Of a stretch of DNA of 63,363 nucleotides, positions 10,631 through 19,334 are shown in pieces. The stretch comes from Candidatus Onthoplasma sp. (GTDB taxonomy: Bacteria; Bacillota; Clostridia; Christensenellales; UBA1242): positions 1 through 63,363 of the forward strand of contig JAZQYA010000015.1 of NCBI GenBank assembly GCA_045633245.1. Reading direction: 5' to 3'. The position numbers and the translations under genes were made by a program. Position 1 is the stretch's first letter; every line of letters begins with the position of its first letter. The notes beneath the pieces are model-generated. The model was not told the origin of the DNA. It did no database searches and was given only the letters and a program-made list of their open reading frames with translations.

Positions 10631-11324
10631 CACAACAAATAATGAAATATATTCACGTTTTACTATGATGCTAAATGAAGAACAGATTAGAAAGTTGTTT
10701 TCTGCACGCATCATAGTTTTTGGCGTTGGTGGTGTTGGAGGATCTCTCGCCCACATGTTGGTTCGTTCCGGAATTCAGAATATAGGAATTGTTGATTTCG
10801 ACTCCATTACATTAACAAATATTAATAGGCAATTGATGGCTAACATTGGTAACGTTGGTAAACTTAAAGTTGATGAGTTGGAAAAACAATTTTATAATAT
10901 TAACCCAAATATAAAAGTTGATAAATTTCCAATAAAATTAGATGAAGAAACAATTTGTGAAATTGATTTTTCTCAATATGATTACATTGTGGATTGCATT
11001 GATGATATAAACGCAAAAAAATTGCTTATAAAAAAATCAAAAGAACTTAATTTGCCGATTTTATGTGCGATGGGTGCGGGTAACCGCTATGAAGAAATTC
11101 CTCGTTTTGAGATAGCGGATATTTCTAAAACTAGTTATGATAAACTGGCGAAGATTATTAGAAAGTTTTGTGTGCAAGAGAGAATAAATAAACTTCAAGT
11201 TTGTTATACTAAGCAAAAGCCCCTTAAATTTGATTGCAAAACAATTGGAAGTGTGATATACTATCCTATGAATATGGCTAGTATTATGTGTTCAAAAATT
11301 ATAAACGATATTTTAAAATTATAA
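10620..11324 (+). CDS. tcdA: tRNA threonylcarbamoyladenosine dehydratase (ThiF/HesA family, TcdA-like)
   Basis: 234 aa; Rossmann motif VFGVGGVGGS, single-domain ThiF/MoeB-like. Confidence 0.75.
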   Translation: MSYNTTNNEIYSRFTMMLNEEQIRKLFSARIIVFGVGGVGGSLAHMLVRSGIQNIGIVDFDSITLTNINRQLMANIGNVGKLKVDELEKQFYNINPNIKVDKFPIKLDEETICEIDFSQYDYIVDCIDDINAKKLLIKKSKELNLPILCAMGAGNRYEEIPRFEIADISKTSYDKLAKIIRKFCVQERINKLQVCYTKQKPLKFDCKTIGSVIYYPMNMASIMCSKIINDILKL

Positions 11325-11334
11325 GGAGTTATGT

Positions 11335-11664
11335 ATGGATTCTCTAAGTGAATTAGATTTTCAAGAAATTGTTTCTGGTGAGGATTTAACAATAATTGAT
11401 TTTTCTGCAACATGGTGTATGCCTTGCAGAATGTTGGCGCCAATTTTGGAACAAGTTGCAAACAAAATGGACAATGTTAGTTTTTTTAATCTCGATATTG
11501 ATGATAATGAAGAAATAGCAAAAAGATATAGAATTTTCAGTGTGCCAACACTCTTGGCCTTTAAAGAAGGGAAGGTAATTGATAGTCTTGTTGGTTTAAA
11601 CAGCTTCGATGAGGTTTTAGATTTTGTGAGACGTTGTGACGCTGCTGAGGTTCCAGAAGATTAA
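11335..11664 (+). CDS. trxA: thioredoxin (variant WCMPC active site)
   Basis: 109 aa thioredoxin fold: DFSATWCMPCRMLAPIL ... FSVPTLLAFKEGK. Confidence 0.85.
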   Translation: MDSLSELDFQEIVSGEDLTIIDFSATWCMPCRMLAPILEQVANKMDNVSFFNLDIDDNEEIAKRYRIFSVPTLLAFKEGKVIDSLVGLNSFDEVLDFVRRCDAAEVPED

Positions 11665-11674
11665 TTAAAAAAAT

Positions 11675-11708
11675 AAATGGTGTTTGATGTTTTCAAGCAC
11701 CATTTTTT
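11675..11708 (+). terminator. intrinsic terminator after trxA
   Basis: aaatggtgtttga / tcaagcaccattt hairpin plus T-run. Confidence 0.85.
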
Positions 11709-11806
11709 ATTGGCACATTTGAATAATAATCATGTTTTTAATTAAAAATTAAATTCTCTATTGACAATGACATTGTAACATGTTAAATTATGGCTAGGAG
11801 TAATAC

Positions 11807-12211
11807 ATGAATCTAAAAGAATACTTGCAAAAAAATCCCAAATTGGATAGATTTTCATTTGGCGACTTTATAAAAAATAGAAGGTTAGAACTTGGCTATA
11901 GTGTTAGAGAAATTTCAAAAGAATTAAATGTGACACCCGCTTATGTTTCAGACATAGAAAAAGGCAATAGGCACGCACCCAAAACCTTGTTAAATGAAAT
12001 TTGTGAAGTTCTTTTAATAAATGAAGAAGACAAAAGAGATTTTATCGATTTGGCATATTTAACACATGAAACCTGCGCACCAGATATTATTCAATATTTG
12101 ATTTCAAATAGGGAAGCAAGAAGCGCAGTTAGATATTTAGCCGATAACAATATTAAAGGCGAAGAATTTTTGAATATAATTGAAAATTATGATAAAAACC
12201 TAGAAATTTAA
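11807..12211 (+). CDS. XRE-family helix-turn-helix transcriptional regulator
   Basis: 134 aa; N-terminal HTH FIKNRRLELGYSVREISKELNVTPAYVSDIEKGNR; SD aggag. Confidence 0.65.
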   Translation: MNLKEYLQKNPKLDRFSFGDFIKNRRLELGYSVREISKELNVTPAYVSDIEKGNRHAPKTLLNEICEVLLINEEDKRDFIDLAYLTHETCAPDIIQYLISNREARSAVRYLADNNIKGEEFLNIIENYDKNLEI

Positions 12212-12282
12212 AACTCAAATATATTTGACAAAATTCTTAATTGGTGATAAATTAAGGACGAAAATAAGAGTAAGGAGCAAAA

Positions 12283-13476
12283 ATGGATAAGGAAAGGGTT
12301 TATTTAGATAATGCGTCAACAACAAATCTTAGCGCTGAAGTTATAAGCGCCATGATACCAGTTATGACAAATGTTTTTGGCAATTCTTCTTCAAACCATT
12401 CATTTGGTAAGGAAGCATTGGATCTTATTGATAGCGCAAGAGATATAATTGCAGAATCGATCAATGCAAAATCAAAAGAAATATATTTCACTAGCAGCGG
12501 AAGTGAAGCAAACAGTTGGGCAATTATTGGTTTAGCATATGCAAATAGAAATAAAGGCAATCACATTATTGTTAGTTCAATTGAGCATGCCTCGGTTTTA
12601 CAAGCATGCAAATTTCTTGAAAAAGATGGATTTAGCGTTACATATTTAAATGTTGACAAAAATGGATTTATTAACTTTGCAGAATACTTAAGAGCAATCA
12701 AACCAAACACAATTTTAGTGTCAATTATTTCTGCAAACAATGAAATTGGAACAATTCAAAACATAAAAGCGATTTCTTCAACCGCTCACGAAAAAGGAAT
12801 TCTGTTTCACACAGATGCTGTGCAACTTTATGGTAATATGAATTTAGACGTTGAAGATCTTGAAATTGATGCAATGACAATTTCTTCACATAAAATTTAT
12901 GGGCCAAAGGGTGTTGCTGCACTATATGTTTCCAATAAAGTTGAAATTGATCCAATCATTTTCGGAGGAAATCAAGAAAGAAACAAACGTGGTGGCACAA
13001 CAAACACAGCTGGAATTGTTGGATTTGCAAAAGCTTGTGAAATTGCAATTAGAGACATGAGAACAAACAATCATAAAGTTAGAACTTTAAGCGAATATTT
13101 CTTAACAAAATTAACAGACAGCGTTGAAAATATCGTGATTAATGCAAACACAAGACAAAAACTTCCACACATTATTTCAGTATTATTTGTTGGGGTTGAT
13201 GGTGAAAGTTTGCTTGCAAAATTAAATATAAAGGGTGTTGCAGTTTCAACAGGAAGTGCCTGCTCATCTGATACACTAACAGTTTCCCATGTTATGACTG
13301 CAATCGGTTTAAACAACGATGATGCTAGGTGTACAATTCGCTTTAGCATAGGCAAAAATAATTCCTATGAAGACTTAGACAAGGCTGTTGCAATTATCAC
13401 TAAATCTGTTGAAGAACTTCGTGCATTTTCTTCAACATACGGAATGAAAATAAGAAAGAGAAAGGGGGATAAATAA
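12283..13476 (+). CDS. nifS: cysteine desulfurase (NifS/IscS class)
   Basis: 397 aa; PLP-Lys motif SSHKIYGPKG, active-site Cys loop STGSACSS. Confidence 0.9.
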   Translation: MDKERVYLDNASTTNLSAEVISAMIPVMTNVFGNSSSNHSFGKEALDLIDSARDIIAESINAKSKEIYFTSSGSEANSWAIIGLAYANRNKGNHIIVSSIEHASVLQACKFLEKDGFSVTYLNVDKNGFINFAEYLRAIKPNTILVSIISANNEIGTIQNIKAISSTAHEKGILFHTDAVQLYGNMNLDVEDLEIDAMTISSHKIYGPKGVAALYVSNKVEIDPIIFGGNQERNKRGGTTNTAGIVGFAKACEIAIRDMRTNNHKVRTLSEYFLTKLTDSVENIVINANTRQKLPHIISVLFVGVDGESLLAKLNIKGVAVSTGSACSSDTLTVSHVMTAIGLNNDDARCTIRFSIGKNNSYEDLDKAVAIITKSVEELRAFSSTYGMKIRKRKGDK

Positions 13477-13478
13477 TT

Positions 13479-14069
13479 ATGTATAGCAAGATAGTATTAA
13501 ATTTATTTAATAACCCTAAAAATGCAGGAAGAATAAAAAAACCAGACGGAATTGCAGATTGTTACAATTATAATGGAACAGCTCATGTGGAATTCTCATT
13601 AAAAATTGAAAATGGAATTATTGAATTGGCTCAATTTAGAGCGCAAGCAAATCCGTACATTATTGCGGTATGTTCTACCATAACACAAATGTTAAAAGGT
13701 AAAATGGTTTCAATGGTATTTTTAGACCCATATTCAATTCAAAAAGAATTGGGAGAAGAATCTGAAACAGACATTATGTTCTGTATTGATTGTGTTAAAA
13801 TGGCAATTGACGACTATAAAGACAAACTGGATAAAGAAAATAAGCAAAACAAAAAGAAAGCAACTTTAAACGAAGAAATGCAAATTCCTACATTAGAAAA
13901 CGAATTGTATGACGAGTTTGGTTTAGGATTAGATGATGAGTTTGAAGTAACAAATTTGACTCAAAGCAATGAACAATTTAAACAAACTCCAGAAACAGAA
14001 GTTGATTTTAAAGATGACTTTGATGATGATTTTGCAGATTTTTTTGATGATTTATTTGAGGAAGACTAA
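13479..14069 (+). CDS. degenerate NifU/IscU-like protein with acidic C-terminal tail
   Basis: N-terminus aligns by eye to IscU (MYSKIVLNLFNNPKNAG...), but the CGD and GCG Cys motifs are replaced. Tail is DDFDDDFADFFDDLFEED; 2 nt after nifS. Confidence 0.6.
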   Translation: MYSKIVLNLFNNPKNAGRIKKPDGIADCYNYNGTAHVEFSLKIENGIIELAQFRAQANPYIIAVCSTITQMLKGKMVSMVFLDPYSIQKELGEESETDIMFCIDCVKMAIDDYKDKLDKENKQNKKKATLNEEMQIPTLENELYDEFGLGLDDEFEVTNLTQSNEQFKQTPETEVDFKDDFDDDFADFFDDLFEED

Positions 14070-14083
14070 TCTTCCTCTTTTTT
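14058..14083 (+). terminator. intrinsic terminator overlapping the stop codon
   Basis: gaggaaga ctaa tcttcctc plus T6. Confidence 0.85.
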
Positions 14084-14160
14084 ATTGCTATTGTAAATTA
14101 AAATTTTTTACATATTTTTACATTAATCGCAAATAATAAGGTAACCATAAGGAGGAAAAT

Positions 14161-14352
14161 ATGAAAGAATTATTAATTGGTATGGGGTTAGGTTTTATGG
14201 TTGGCGCTATTGCTGTGAAAACTAACAAGTGCTTAGCAGACAAAGTTGAAATGGGGGTTGAGAAAGGAAGAGAAATCATTGATGATATTAGCAATGAAAT
14301 AAAAACTCAATCTGCAAAAATGAAAAAAGAAAAACAAGAAGAATTAAACTAA
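14161..14352 (+). CDS. small membrane-anchored protein, unknown function
   Basis: 63 aa; strong SD aaggagg; N-terminal TM (LLIGMGLGFMVGAIAV) then a charged helix. Confidence 0.5.
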   Translation: MKELLIGMGLGFMVGAIAVKTNKCLADKVEMGVEKGREIIDDISNEIKTQSAKMKKEKQEELN

Positions 14353-14440
14353 ATCTCTCAAATAATAAAATAGATATTGACATAATGTGACATCTATATT
14401 ATTATATAAACCAAATAGTATTTAACGGAAGGTTTATATT

Positions 14441-15196
14441 ATGGATGAAAATAATTTTAAATTGGAATTAATTAAGTGTAGCAAGGAAGAGTTCTTAAAA
14501 AGAAAAGAGAGATATTTAAAAGAAGGGCTTAGCTATTATAAAGATGTGGTAAGAATAAGTTCTTCTGAGTATAAAAGCCTTGTAAAGGAATTCGATAATG
14601 GAAATAAGCAGGAAGTAGCAAAAAAACTTTTTGAAAAGTCAACATATGATATAATTTCTGCAACAGCTTCAACCTATGCAAGAGATGATATAGGATCATT
14701 GGTTCCATTTGATGAGGGGTTATCCTTTGTTTTAGAACACTTATATAAGCTTTATTTAAATTATGAGTTTTTACCTAGCACTAAAACAAAATACATAGAA
14801 AATATGATTCAAATGAATACGTATAGGCTTTTGTCTAGAGCTTATTATTTGGCTGAAAGAAAAAAAGAAGTAATTATGAGGCCAAAAGATATCGAGTGGA
14901 TTATTGATAAAAATGAGAATGATGTTATTTCATTAAAAGAGTTGGATCATGAAGATTTTAATAAGAAGCTTAATAGTATTTTATTAACCTTAAAAGAAGA
15001 AGATCAAGAGTTGATCAAGTCATACTTTGGATTATATGGAAGAGAGGGAAAAAGCTTTAGGAAACTTGCAAAGATTTACAATAAGACTCATTCTGGGGTG
15101 GCAGCAAGAATAAATAGAATTATAAAAAGACTCAAAAGAAAAAACGAAAACATTTTTGAACTTGAAGAATACATGGGTAATGATTTGGAAGCATAA
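14441..15196 (+). CDS. divergent sigma-70-like protein (region 4 HTH)
   Basis: 251 aa; C-terminal LIKSYFGLYGREGKSFRKLAKIYNKTHSGVAARINRIIKRLKRK resembles sigma region 4.2; region 2 only loosely recognisable. Confidence 0.4.
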   Translation: MDENNFKLELIKCSKEEFLKRKERYLKEGLSYYKDVVRISSSEYKSLVKEFDNGNKQEVAKKLFEKSTYDIISATASTYARDDIGSLVPFDEGLSFVLEHLYKLYLNYEFLPSTKTKYIENMIQMNTYRLLSRAYYLAERKKEVIMRPKDIEWIIDKNENDVISLKELDHEDFNKKLNSILLTLKEEDQELIKSYFGLYGREGKSFRKLAKIYNKTHSGVAARINRIIKRLKRKNENIFELEEYMGNDLEA

Positions 15197-15221
15197 AACT
15201 CAACAATAAGTTGAGTTTTTT
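15195..15221 (+). terminator. intrinsic terminator
   Basis: aaaactcaac aataa gttgagtttt. Confidence 0.85.
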
Positions 15222-15238
15222 AAATTTAATAAAATTAA

Positions 15239-15267
15239 TTTACAACTTTGACTAAATTTGATATAAT
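15239..15267 (+). promoter_or_regulatory. promoter of ruvX, predicted leaderless transcript
   Basis: TTTACA, 17-nt spacer, TGaTATAAT; the -10 ends 6 nt before ATG 15274; no SD. Confidence 0.55.
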
Positions 15268-15273
15268 ACCAAT

Positions 15274-15681
15274 ATGAAGACAATGGGAATAGATTTTGGC
15301 TTAAGTAGAATTGGAATTGCTCTTAGTGACGACACAAAGTTTTTGGCAACTCCATTTGAGACTTATAAAAGGAAAGGAGAAGAGCAAGACATTCAACATT
15401 TGCAAGACATTATCAAATCAAGAAATGTTGATGAAATCGTTTGTGGACTTCCAATGAACATGGCAGGTGAGGAGCAAGAAATTGCAAAGAAAACTCGTGA
15501 TTTCATGACAAAACTCAATGAACAAACAAATATAAAAATTCAATTTGTTGACGAACGCTTGTCATCAATTATGGCTGAAGAAATGCTAAAAGAGACAGAA
15601 AGAGATTGGAAAAAAAGAAAAGAAAAACTAGATGCGGTGGCGGCTAGTATTATTTTGCAAGATTTTCTAGACACATTGTGA
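15274..15681 (+). CDS. ruvX: Holliday junction resolvase-like protein RuvX (YqgF)
   Basis: 135 aa; MGIDFGLSRIGIALSD ... DERLSS YqgF signature. Confidence 0.85.
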   Translation: MKTMGIDFGLSRIGIALSDDTKFLATPFETYKRKGEEQDIQHLQDIIKSRNVDEIVCGLPMNMAGEEQEIAKKTRDFMTKLNEQTNIKIQFVDERLSSIMAEEMLKETERDWKKRKEKLDAVAASIILQDFLDTL

Positions 15682-15735
15682 TTTGGTTGATTTTTTTGCT
15701 CTACATATGATAGAATAAAAACAGGAGAAATAAAA

Positions 15736-16032
15736 ATGAAAATTAAAAATCCAATTGAACAAATCTTAGATGAAAAAAATATGGACAACATTGTCCTTTA
15801 CGATGAGGATAACAAACCAATCGAATTTGAACAAGTGGCAGTTATTCCGCTTGATAGAACAGGCTTATTGTATGCAATCATGATTCCTGTAACACCAATG
15901 CAAGGAGTGAGTGATGGTGAAGGCGTTTTGTTCGTAATTGATGAACTTAAAAACACAATTGACATCGAAAGAGACGATGCAATTATTGACGAAGTTCTTT
16001 CAATTTACCAAACTCTTATTGGCGAAGGCTAA
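15736..16032 (+). CDS. DUF1292-family protein
   Basis: 98 aa acidic protein following ruvX, as in many Firmicutes; pattern LYDEDNKPIEFE...V resembles DUF1292. Confidence 0.65.
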   Translation: MKIKNPIEQILDEKNMDNIVLYDEDNKPIEFEQVAVIPLDRTGLLYAIMIPVTPMQGVSDGEGVLFVIDELKNTIDIERDDAIIDEVLSIYQTLIGEG

Positions 16033-16099
16033 GGGAAGTAAATTTACATATTGACAAAAATTATTTATTTTGTTATTATAGTAACAATTGGAGAAAGAA

Positions 16100-16792
16100 A
16101 TGGAAGATGTAAATTTAGAGAAAATATTGGAGCAAAAAAATTTAGAAGCTGTATATGATTATGATGAAGATGAGGGTGTATGCATTGTAAGAGATAAAAA
16201 TTCAGGTTTGTATGGAACCGTAAATGAGAAAGGTGAAATATTAATCGACACAACTTATGACTTCATTGATTATTTTGAATACGGTGGTTTTTCAATTGCA
16301 ATTAAAGAACCTAATGGTAAGCAAGGAATAATTAACAAAAAAGGGGAAGAAATAATTCCTTATATTTATGATGAAATTATGAGGTTTATAGATGGTTTAG
16401 TAATTGCTAATAAAAATGGCATATATGGATGTATTGACATGGATGGAAAAGTTTTATTTCCTTTTACGGTATCAGCGGAATCATTTTTTGATCTTAGTGA
16501 ACTGTATTCTTTGGCTGATGGACGCTCATTAAACAAGATTTCAGAAAGAAACTTCAATAAAGAAACAGCTCCATTATTTTTATTTATTGTTGAAAGAAAC
16601 ATCAGGGCGGGAGTGGAAGAAGTAATAAAAGGAAAAAAAATATCACAACAAACACGTGATATACTTGAAGAAAAAATACAAGAGAAAATTAAACAAGCAC
16701 AAAAAATGATTGATGATAAAATAAAACAAAACACTATTCAAAAAGATATCGACGCATCTGTATTAGAAGAAATTGATAATATCATAATTTAA
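16100..16792 (+). CDS. WG-repeat-containing protein
   Basis: repeated units GLYGTVNEKGEILIDTTYDFI / GKQGIINKKGEEIIPYIYDEI / GIYGCIDMDGKVLFPF. ATG 16100 behind ggagaaag preferred over TTG 16088. Confidence 0.6.
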   Translation: MEDVNLEKILEQKNLEAVYDYDEDEGVCIVRDKNSGLYGTVNEKGEILIDTTYDFIDYFEYGGFSIAIKEPNGKQGIINKKGEEIIPYIYDEIMRFIDGLVIANKNGIYGCIDMDGKVLFPFTVSAESFFDLSELYSLADGRSLNKISERNFNKETAPLFLFIVERNIRAGVEEVIKGKKISQQTRDILEEKIQEKIKQAQKMIDDKIKQNTIQKDIDASVLEEIDNIII

Positions 16793-16793
16793 C

Positions 16794-16823
16794 AAAAAAC
16801 AACTCAAATCGAGTTGTTTTTTT
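16794..16823 (+). terminator. intrinsic terminator
   Basis: aaaaaacaactc aaatc gagttgttttttt. Confidence 0.85.
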
Positions 16824-16861
16824 ATTGTTTTATGTTAAGCAAATAAACTTGACAAAAGTGG

Positions 16862-16890
16862 TTGACATTGCTCAATTAATATGTTATATT
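16862..16890 (+). promoter_or_regulatory. candidate promoter of the rpsB-tsf operon
   Basis: TTGACA, 17-nt spacer, TATATT; followed by about 150 nt of untranslated leader. Confidence 0.5.
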
Positions 16891-17048
16891 ATATACGTTC
16901 AATGAATAAGCACCTATTATGATTGCTTGTCTGTTGCCGAACGGGTAGTTGCAAAAATGGTAAGTCGAACAATGCCAAGTTGCAATTTAAAGTTTTGGTT
17001 CATAGCAAATTGATTAATAGGGAAGACGTAAACAGGAGGAAAAAATAT

Positions 17049-17888
17049 ATGTCAGTAATTTCAATGAAACAATTATTGGAAGCCGGATGTCACTTCGGTC
17101 ATCCAACTAGGAAATGGAATCCTAAAATGAAGAAGTATATCTTCACAGCAAGAAATGATATTCATATCTTGAATCTTGAAGACACTTCAAAACAAATCGA
17201 TGAAGCATACGTTTTCATCAAAGAAAAAGTGCTTGCTGGTGCTAGCGTATTATACGTTGGAACTAAAAAAGGCGAAATCGTTAAACAAGAAGCTGAAAGA
17301 GCAAACATGTTCTACGTAAGTTCTCGTTGGTTGGGTGGAACACTTACAAACTTCACAACAATCAGAAAGAGAATTGACAGAATGAACAAACTTAACCAAA
17401 TGGAAACATTGGGTGACTTTGATCTTCTTCCAAAGAAAGAAGTTATCAAATTAAAGCAAGAAAGAGATAAACTTGCAGCAAACCTTAGCGGTATTAAAGA
17501 CATGACTTCACTTCCAGGTCTTATGATTATCGTAGACCCATCAACAGAACACATTGCAGTTCAAGAAGCAAAACGTCTTGGAATCCCAACAGTTGGTATT
17601 GTTGACACAAACAGCAATCCAGACGATGTTGATGTTTGCATTCCAGCAAATGACGATGCAAGCGGTTCAGTTAAACTTATCTTAAGCGCTTTAACAGACG
17701 CTATCTTGGAAGCTAAGGGTGGAGTTGTTCTTCATGACTTAACAGCAAGTGAAGATGAAGTTTCAATGGAATCAATGGTAACGGGTGATGTTGTAAAATT
17801 TGAAGCAAAAAAAGAAGAAAAGAAAGTTTCTAAAAAACGTCCAGTTGCAAAAAAAGAAAAAGTTGAAGAAACTCAAGAAAACGCATAA
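17049..17888 (+). CDS. rpsB: 30S ribosomal protein S2
   Basis: [18 protein letters not shown]... canonical S2 N-terminus with SD aggagga. The ORF-track start 16923 is an upstream in-frame extension. Confidence 0.95.
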   Translation: MSVISMKQLLEAGCHFGHPTRKWNPKMKKYIFTARNDIHILNLEDTSKQIDEAYVFIKEKVLAGASVLYVGTKKGEIVKQEAERANMFYVSSRWLGGTLTNFTTIRKRIDRMNKLNQMETLGDFDLLPKKEVIKLKQERDKLAANLSGIKDMTSLPGLMIIVDPSTEHIAVQEAKRLGIPTVGIVDTNSNPDDVDVCIPANDDASGSVKLILSALTDAILEAKGGVVLHDLTASEDEVSMESMVTGDVVKFEAKKEEKKVSKKRPVAKKEKVEETQENA

Positions 17889-17908
17889 TAAAAAGGGGGA
17901 TTAAATTT

Positions 17909-18568
17909 ATGCCAATTACAGCAAAAATGGTAGCTGAATTAAGAGAAATGACAGGTGCAGGAATGATGGACTGCAAAAAGGCTTTGGTTGAAGCAAATGG
18001 AGACATGAACAAAGCTGTTGAAATTCTTCGTGAAAGCGGTGCTGCAAAAGCTGCTAAGAAACAAAGCAGAATTGCTGCAGAAGGAACAATTGAATGTTAT
18101 ATTCACGGCGGTGGTGCATTTGCAGCGCTCGTTGAAGGTAACTGTGAAACAGACTTCGTGGCTAAAAACCCAGAATTTAAAGAATTTTTGCATAACGTTG
18201 CAATGCAAGTTGTTGCAAATCGTCCACTTTGCGTAAGCATTGATGAACTTCCAGCTGAAAAAGTTGAAGAAGAAAGAAAAATCTATCGCGCTCAACTTCT
18301 TAACGAAGGAAAGCCAGAAGCGATGGTTGATAGAATCGTTGATGGTAAAATCAAAAAATATTATGATGAAGTTGTTCTTTTAGAACAAGTTTACATTAAG
18401 GATCCAGATGGTAAGAAGAAAGTTAAAGACGTTTTGGCAGAACTCACAGCTAAAATTGGTGAAAAACTTACAATCAGAAGATTCCACTTAATGGTTATGG
18501 GTGAAGGTCTTGAAAAACGTAATGACGACTTTGCGGCTGAGGTTGCTGCACAATCAAAAATTAACTAG
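17909..18568 (+). CDS. tsf: translation elongation factor Ts (short form)
   Basis: 219 aa; [44 protein letters not shown]-like N-terminus. Confidence 0.95.
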   Translation: MPITAKMVAELREMTGAGMMDCKKALVEANGDMNKAVEILRESGAAKAAKKQSRIAAEGTIECYIHGGGAFAALVEGNCETDFVAKNPEFKEFLHNVAMQVVANRPLCVSIDELPAEKVEEERKIYRAQLLNEGKPEAMVDRIVDGKIKKYYDEVVLLEQVYIKDPDGKKKVKDVLAELTAKIGEKLTIRRFHLMVMGEGLEKRNDDFAAEVAAQSKIN

Positions 18569-18649
18569 TTGTTAAGATTTTGAGTGAATGCGCCAAGTGG
18601 CGAACAAAGTGTGTCAACACTTTCAATCTAAAATGAATTAATAAAATAA

Positions 18650-18680
18650 TAGTAGGTGTTTTTCACTTGCTATTTTTTTT
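18650..18680 (+). terminator. intrinsic terminator after tsf
   Basis: tagtaggtg ttttt cacttgcta (with G-U pairs) plus T8. Confidence 0.7.
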
Positions 18681-18766
18681 GGAATAAGTTATTATTAATA
18701 ATGATACATGCTGAATTGGTTTTTTAAAATCAAACTCACAATTCATTAATTATTTTGGAGGAAATT

Positions 18767-19333
18767 ATGAACGAAATGACTGAGATGACTCTCATGGAGT
18801 ATGAAGAAAATTTAGAAAAACTATATAATAGATTTTTGGATAACCTTTTAATGATACGCGTTGGAAGAGCAAATCCAAAGCTTATTGAAAATATTAAAGT
18901 TGATTACTATGGAACAAAAGCTCCAATTTTGCAAACTAGCAACATTATGGTTCAAGATGCAAGAATGTTGGTTGTGGCACCATATGATGCAAGCACTTTG
19001 CGTGACATCAAAATTGGAATTGAAGCAGCAAACTTGGGTGTTTCTGTTAGTGACGATGGTAAGATTATACGTATTGGATTTCCAATGCTTACTGAAGAAA
19101 GAAGAAGAGAATATACTAAAGATGCAAAACGATTGTTGGAAGATTGTAAAGTTGCAATGAGAAATGCCCGCCGTGATTGTCTTGACGTGTTTAAAGATGC
19201 AAAGAAAAATAGTGAAATCAGTGAAGACGAATATGCTACATTAGATAAAGAAGTTCAAAAGAAACTCGATACATTTACAGGTAAAGCAGACATAAGTTGT
19301 GAAAAGAAAATAGCCGACATTATGGAGGTTTAA
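18767..19333 (+). CDS. frr: ribosome recycling factor
   Basis: RRF signature ...IRVGRANPKLIENIKVDYYG...; ATG 18767 behind ggagg (ORF track begins at TTG 18755). Confidence 0.95.
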   Translation: MNEMTEMTLMEYEENLEKLYNRFLDNLLMIRVGRANPKLIENIKVDYYGTKAPILQTSNIMVQDARMLVVAPYDASTLRDIKIGIEAANLGVSVSDDGKIIRIGFPMLTEERRREYTKDAKRLLEDCKVAMRNARRDCLDVFKDAKKNSEISEDEYATLDKEVQKKLDTFTGKADISCEKKIADIMEV

Positions 19334-19334
19334 A

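Noticed and set aside
16923-17048. N-terminal extensions proposed by the ORF track. These affect rpsB from 16923, hslU from 9272, murI from 49609, Rep from 42145, the membrane protein from 38972, rpsT from 49673 and holA from 47700.
   Set aside because: In each case an internal ATG preceded by an SD (or by a leaderless-type promoter) matches the conserved family N-terminus. The extensions overlap upstream genes or leaders.
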